A stretch of 64,000 nucleotides of DNA from Eukaryota sp. TZLM1-RC. Taxonomy: Eukaryota > Protista > Metamonada: BaSk clade. Made by a program: the position numbers and the translations under genes. The notes under the pieces are model-generated. The model worked only from the letters and a program-made list of their open reading frames with translations. It was not told the DNA's origin and did not search any database. This document shows positions 63,323-64,000 of the stretch, in pieces (the first letter of the stretch is position 1; each line of letters starts with the position of its first letter). The stretch lies in the NCBI GenBank assembly GCA_040285825.1, contig JAUPSS010000006.1:1240001-1304000 (forward strand), written 5' to 3'.

Positions 63323-64000
63323 ATGACTAGAGACTATTACGAAGTACTTGGCATCTCTCGTAATGCTTCCGAAGACGACATTAAAAAAGCTTATAGAAAG
63401 CTTGCCATCCGATACCATCCGGATAAGAATCCTGATAACACTGAAGAAGCGCAGAAAAAGTTTGTCGAAATCACAGAGGCCTTTGATGTCCTCAAAGATC
63501 CGGAAAAGCGTCAAATCTACGACAAATATGGACATGCAGGACTCAAAGGTGGTGTACACGATGGTTCTTCAGGAACTCCTTTCTCTGGTTACTCTTTCAA
63601 CCCTGATTCTGTTTTTTCTATCTTTGAAGAGTTCTTTGGGGGTGCATCACCTTTCTCGTCATTCTTTTCTGACTCTACACCGTTTTCCGCATTCAGTAGG
63701 ACTGGTGGATTTGAATCAATGGGAGGATTTGGTCAACGCCAGCAACCACAGGTTTGATTTTTCTTTCTTATCTAACTATAGGTATTGTTTATTTGTGTCT
63801 AAGTGTTACTAACCCCAGGATTTCAGTCATGAAGTCACTGTTGAACTAATAGATTTATTATACGGAAAATCAAAGAACGTTAAAATCTCGGGTTTAACCA
63901 GATACAGAGCTGATGGTTCTTACTATACTCAAGACAAAACTTTCCGAGTGGAGATTAAACCTGGTTATAAGGATGGAAGCAAGATTCGATATAAGGGTGA
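63323..64000 (+). CDS. DnaJ/Hsp40 class B co-chaperone (partial; runs off the window)
   Basis: J domain with HPDKN and G/F-rich linker; removing 63752-63818 continues in frame as [40 protein letters not shown]. Confidence 0.93.

Noticed and set aside
1-64000. CRISPR arrays, rRNA, tRNA, spliced-leader arrays, or bacterial retron/group II intron/DGR interpretation of the RTs
   Set aside because: No repeat-spacer array or RNA gene was recognised; the RTs have C-terminal RLE domains, A-tails, 5' truncations and TSDs typical of eukaryotic non-LTR elements.

Overview
AT-rich nuclear DNA of a microbial eukaryote: standard genetic code, tiny 30-37 nt GT-AG introns, mostly with GTTTGT donors. Roughly half the window is mobile DNA. 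At least six families of CRE-clade-like non-LTR retrotransposons are present (single ORF: zinc knuckle, RT, restriction-like endonuclease). One copy is full length, and several are 5'-truncated or nested copies with readable 9-18 bp target-site duplications. There is also a MuDR/MULE transposase tightly linked to an orphan ORF and an IS630/Tc1 DD34E transposase, a pogo-like fragment, a hAT-like MITE and two LTR-retrotransposon relics. Host genes: RING-kinase-coiled-coil-LRR protein, RAD17, SGT1, a GT8 glycosyltransferase, a DNAJB co-chaperone (partial) and a large orphan protein with scattered paralogous fragments. Main finds not visible in the ORF track: (1) two adjacent decayed prokaryote/virus-type DNA adenine methyltransferase genes, one split by a retroelement exactly in its SAM-binding motif; (2) two back-to-back micro-introns with a zero-length exon in the DnaJ gene; (3) two different retroelement families inserted head-to-head into the same 10-bp site upstream of RAD17; (4) a conserved acidic-hydrophobic C-terminal peptide shared by the divergent retroelement families; (5) a possible composite two-transposase element. 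All assignments come from motif recognition by eye; no searches were run, and boundaries of decayed elements are approximate.
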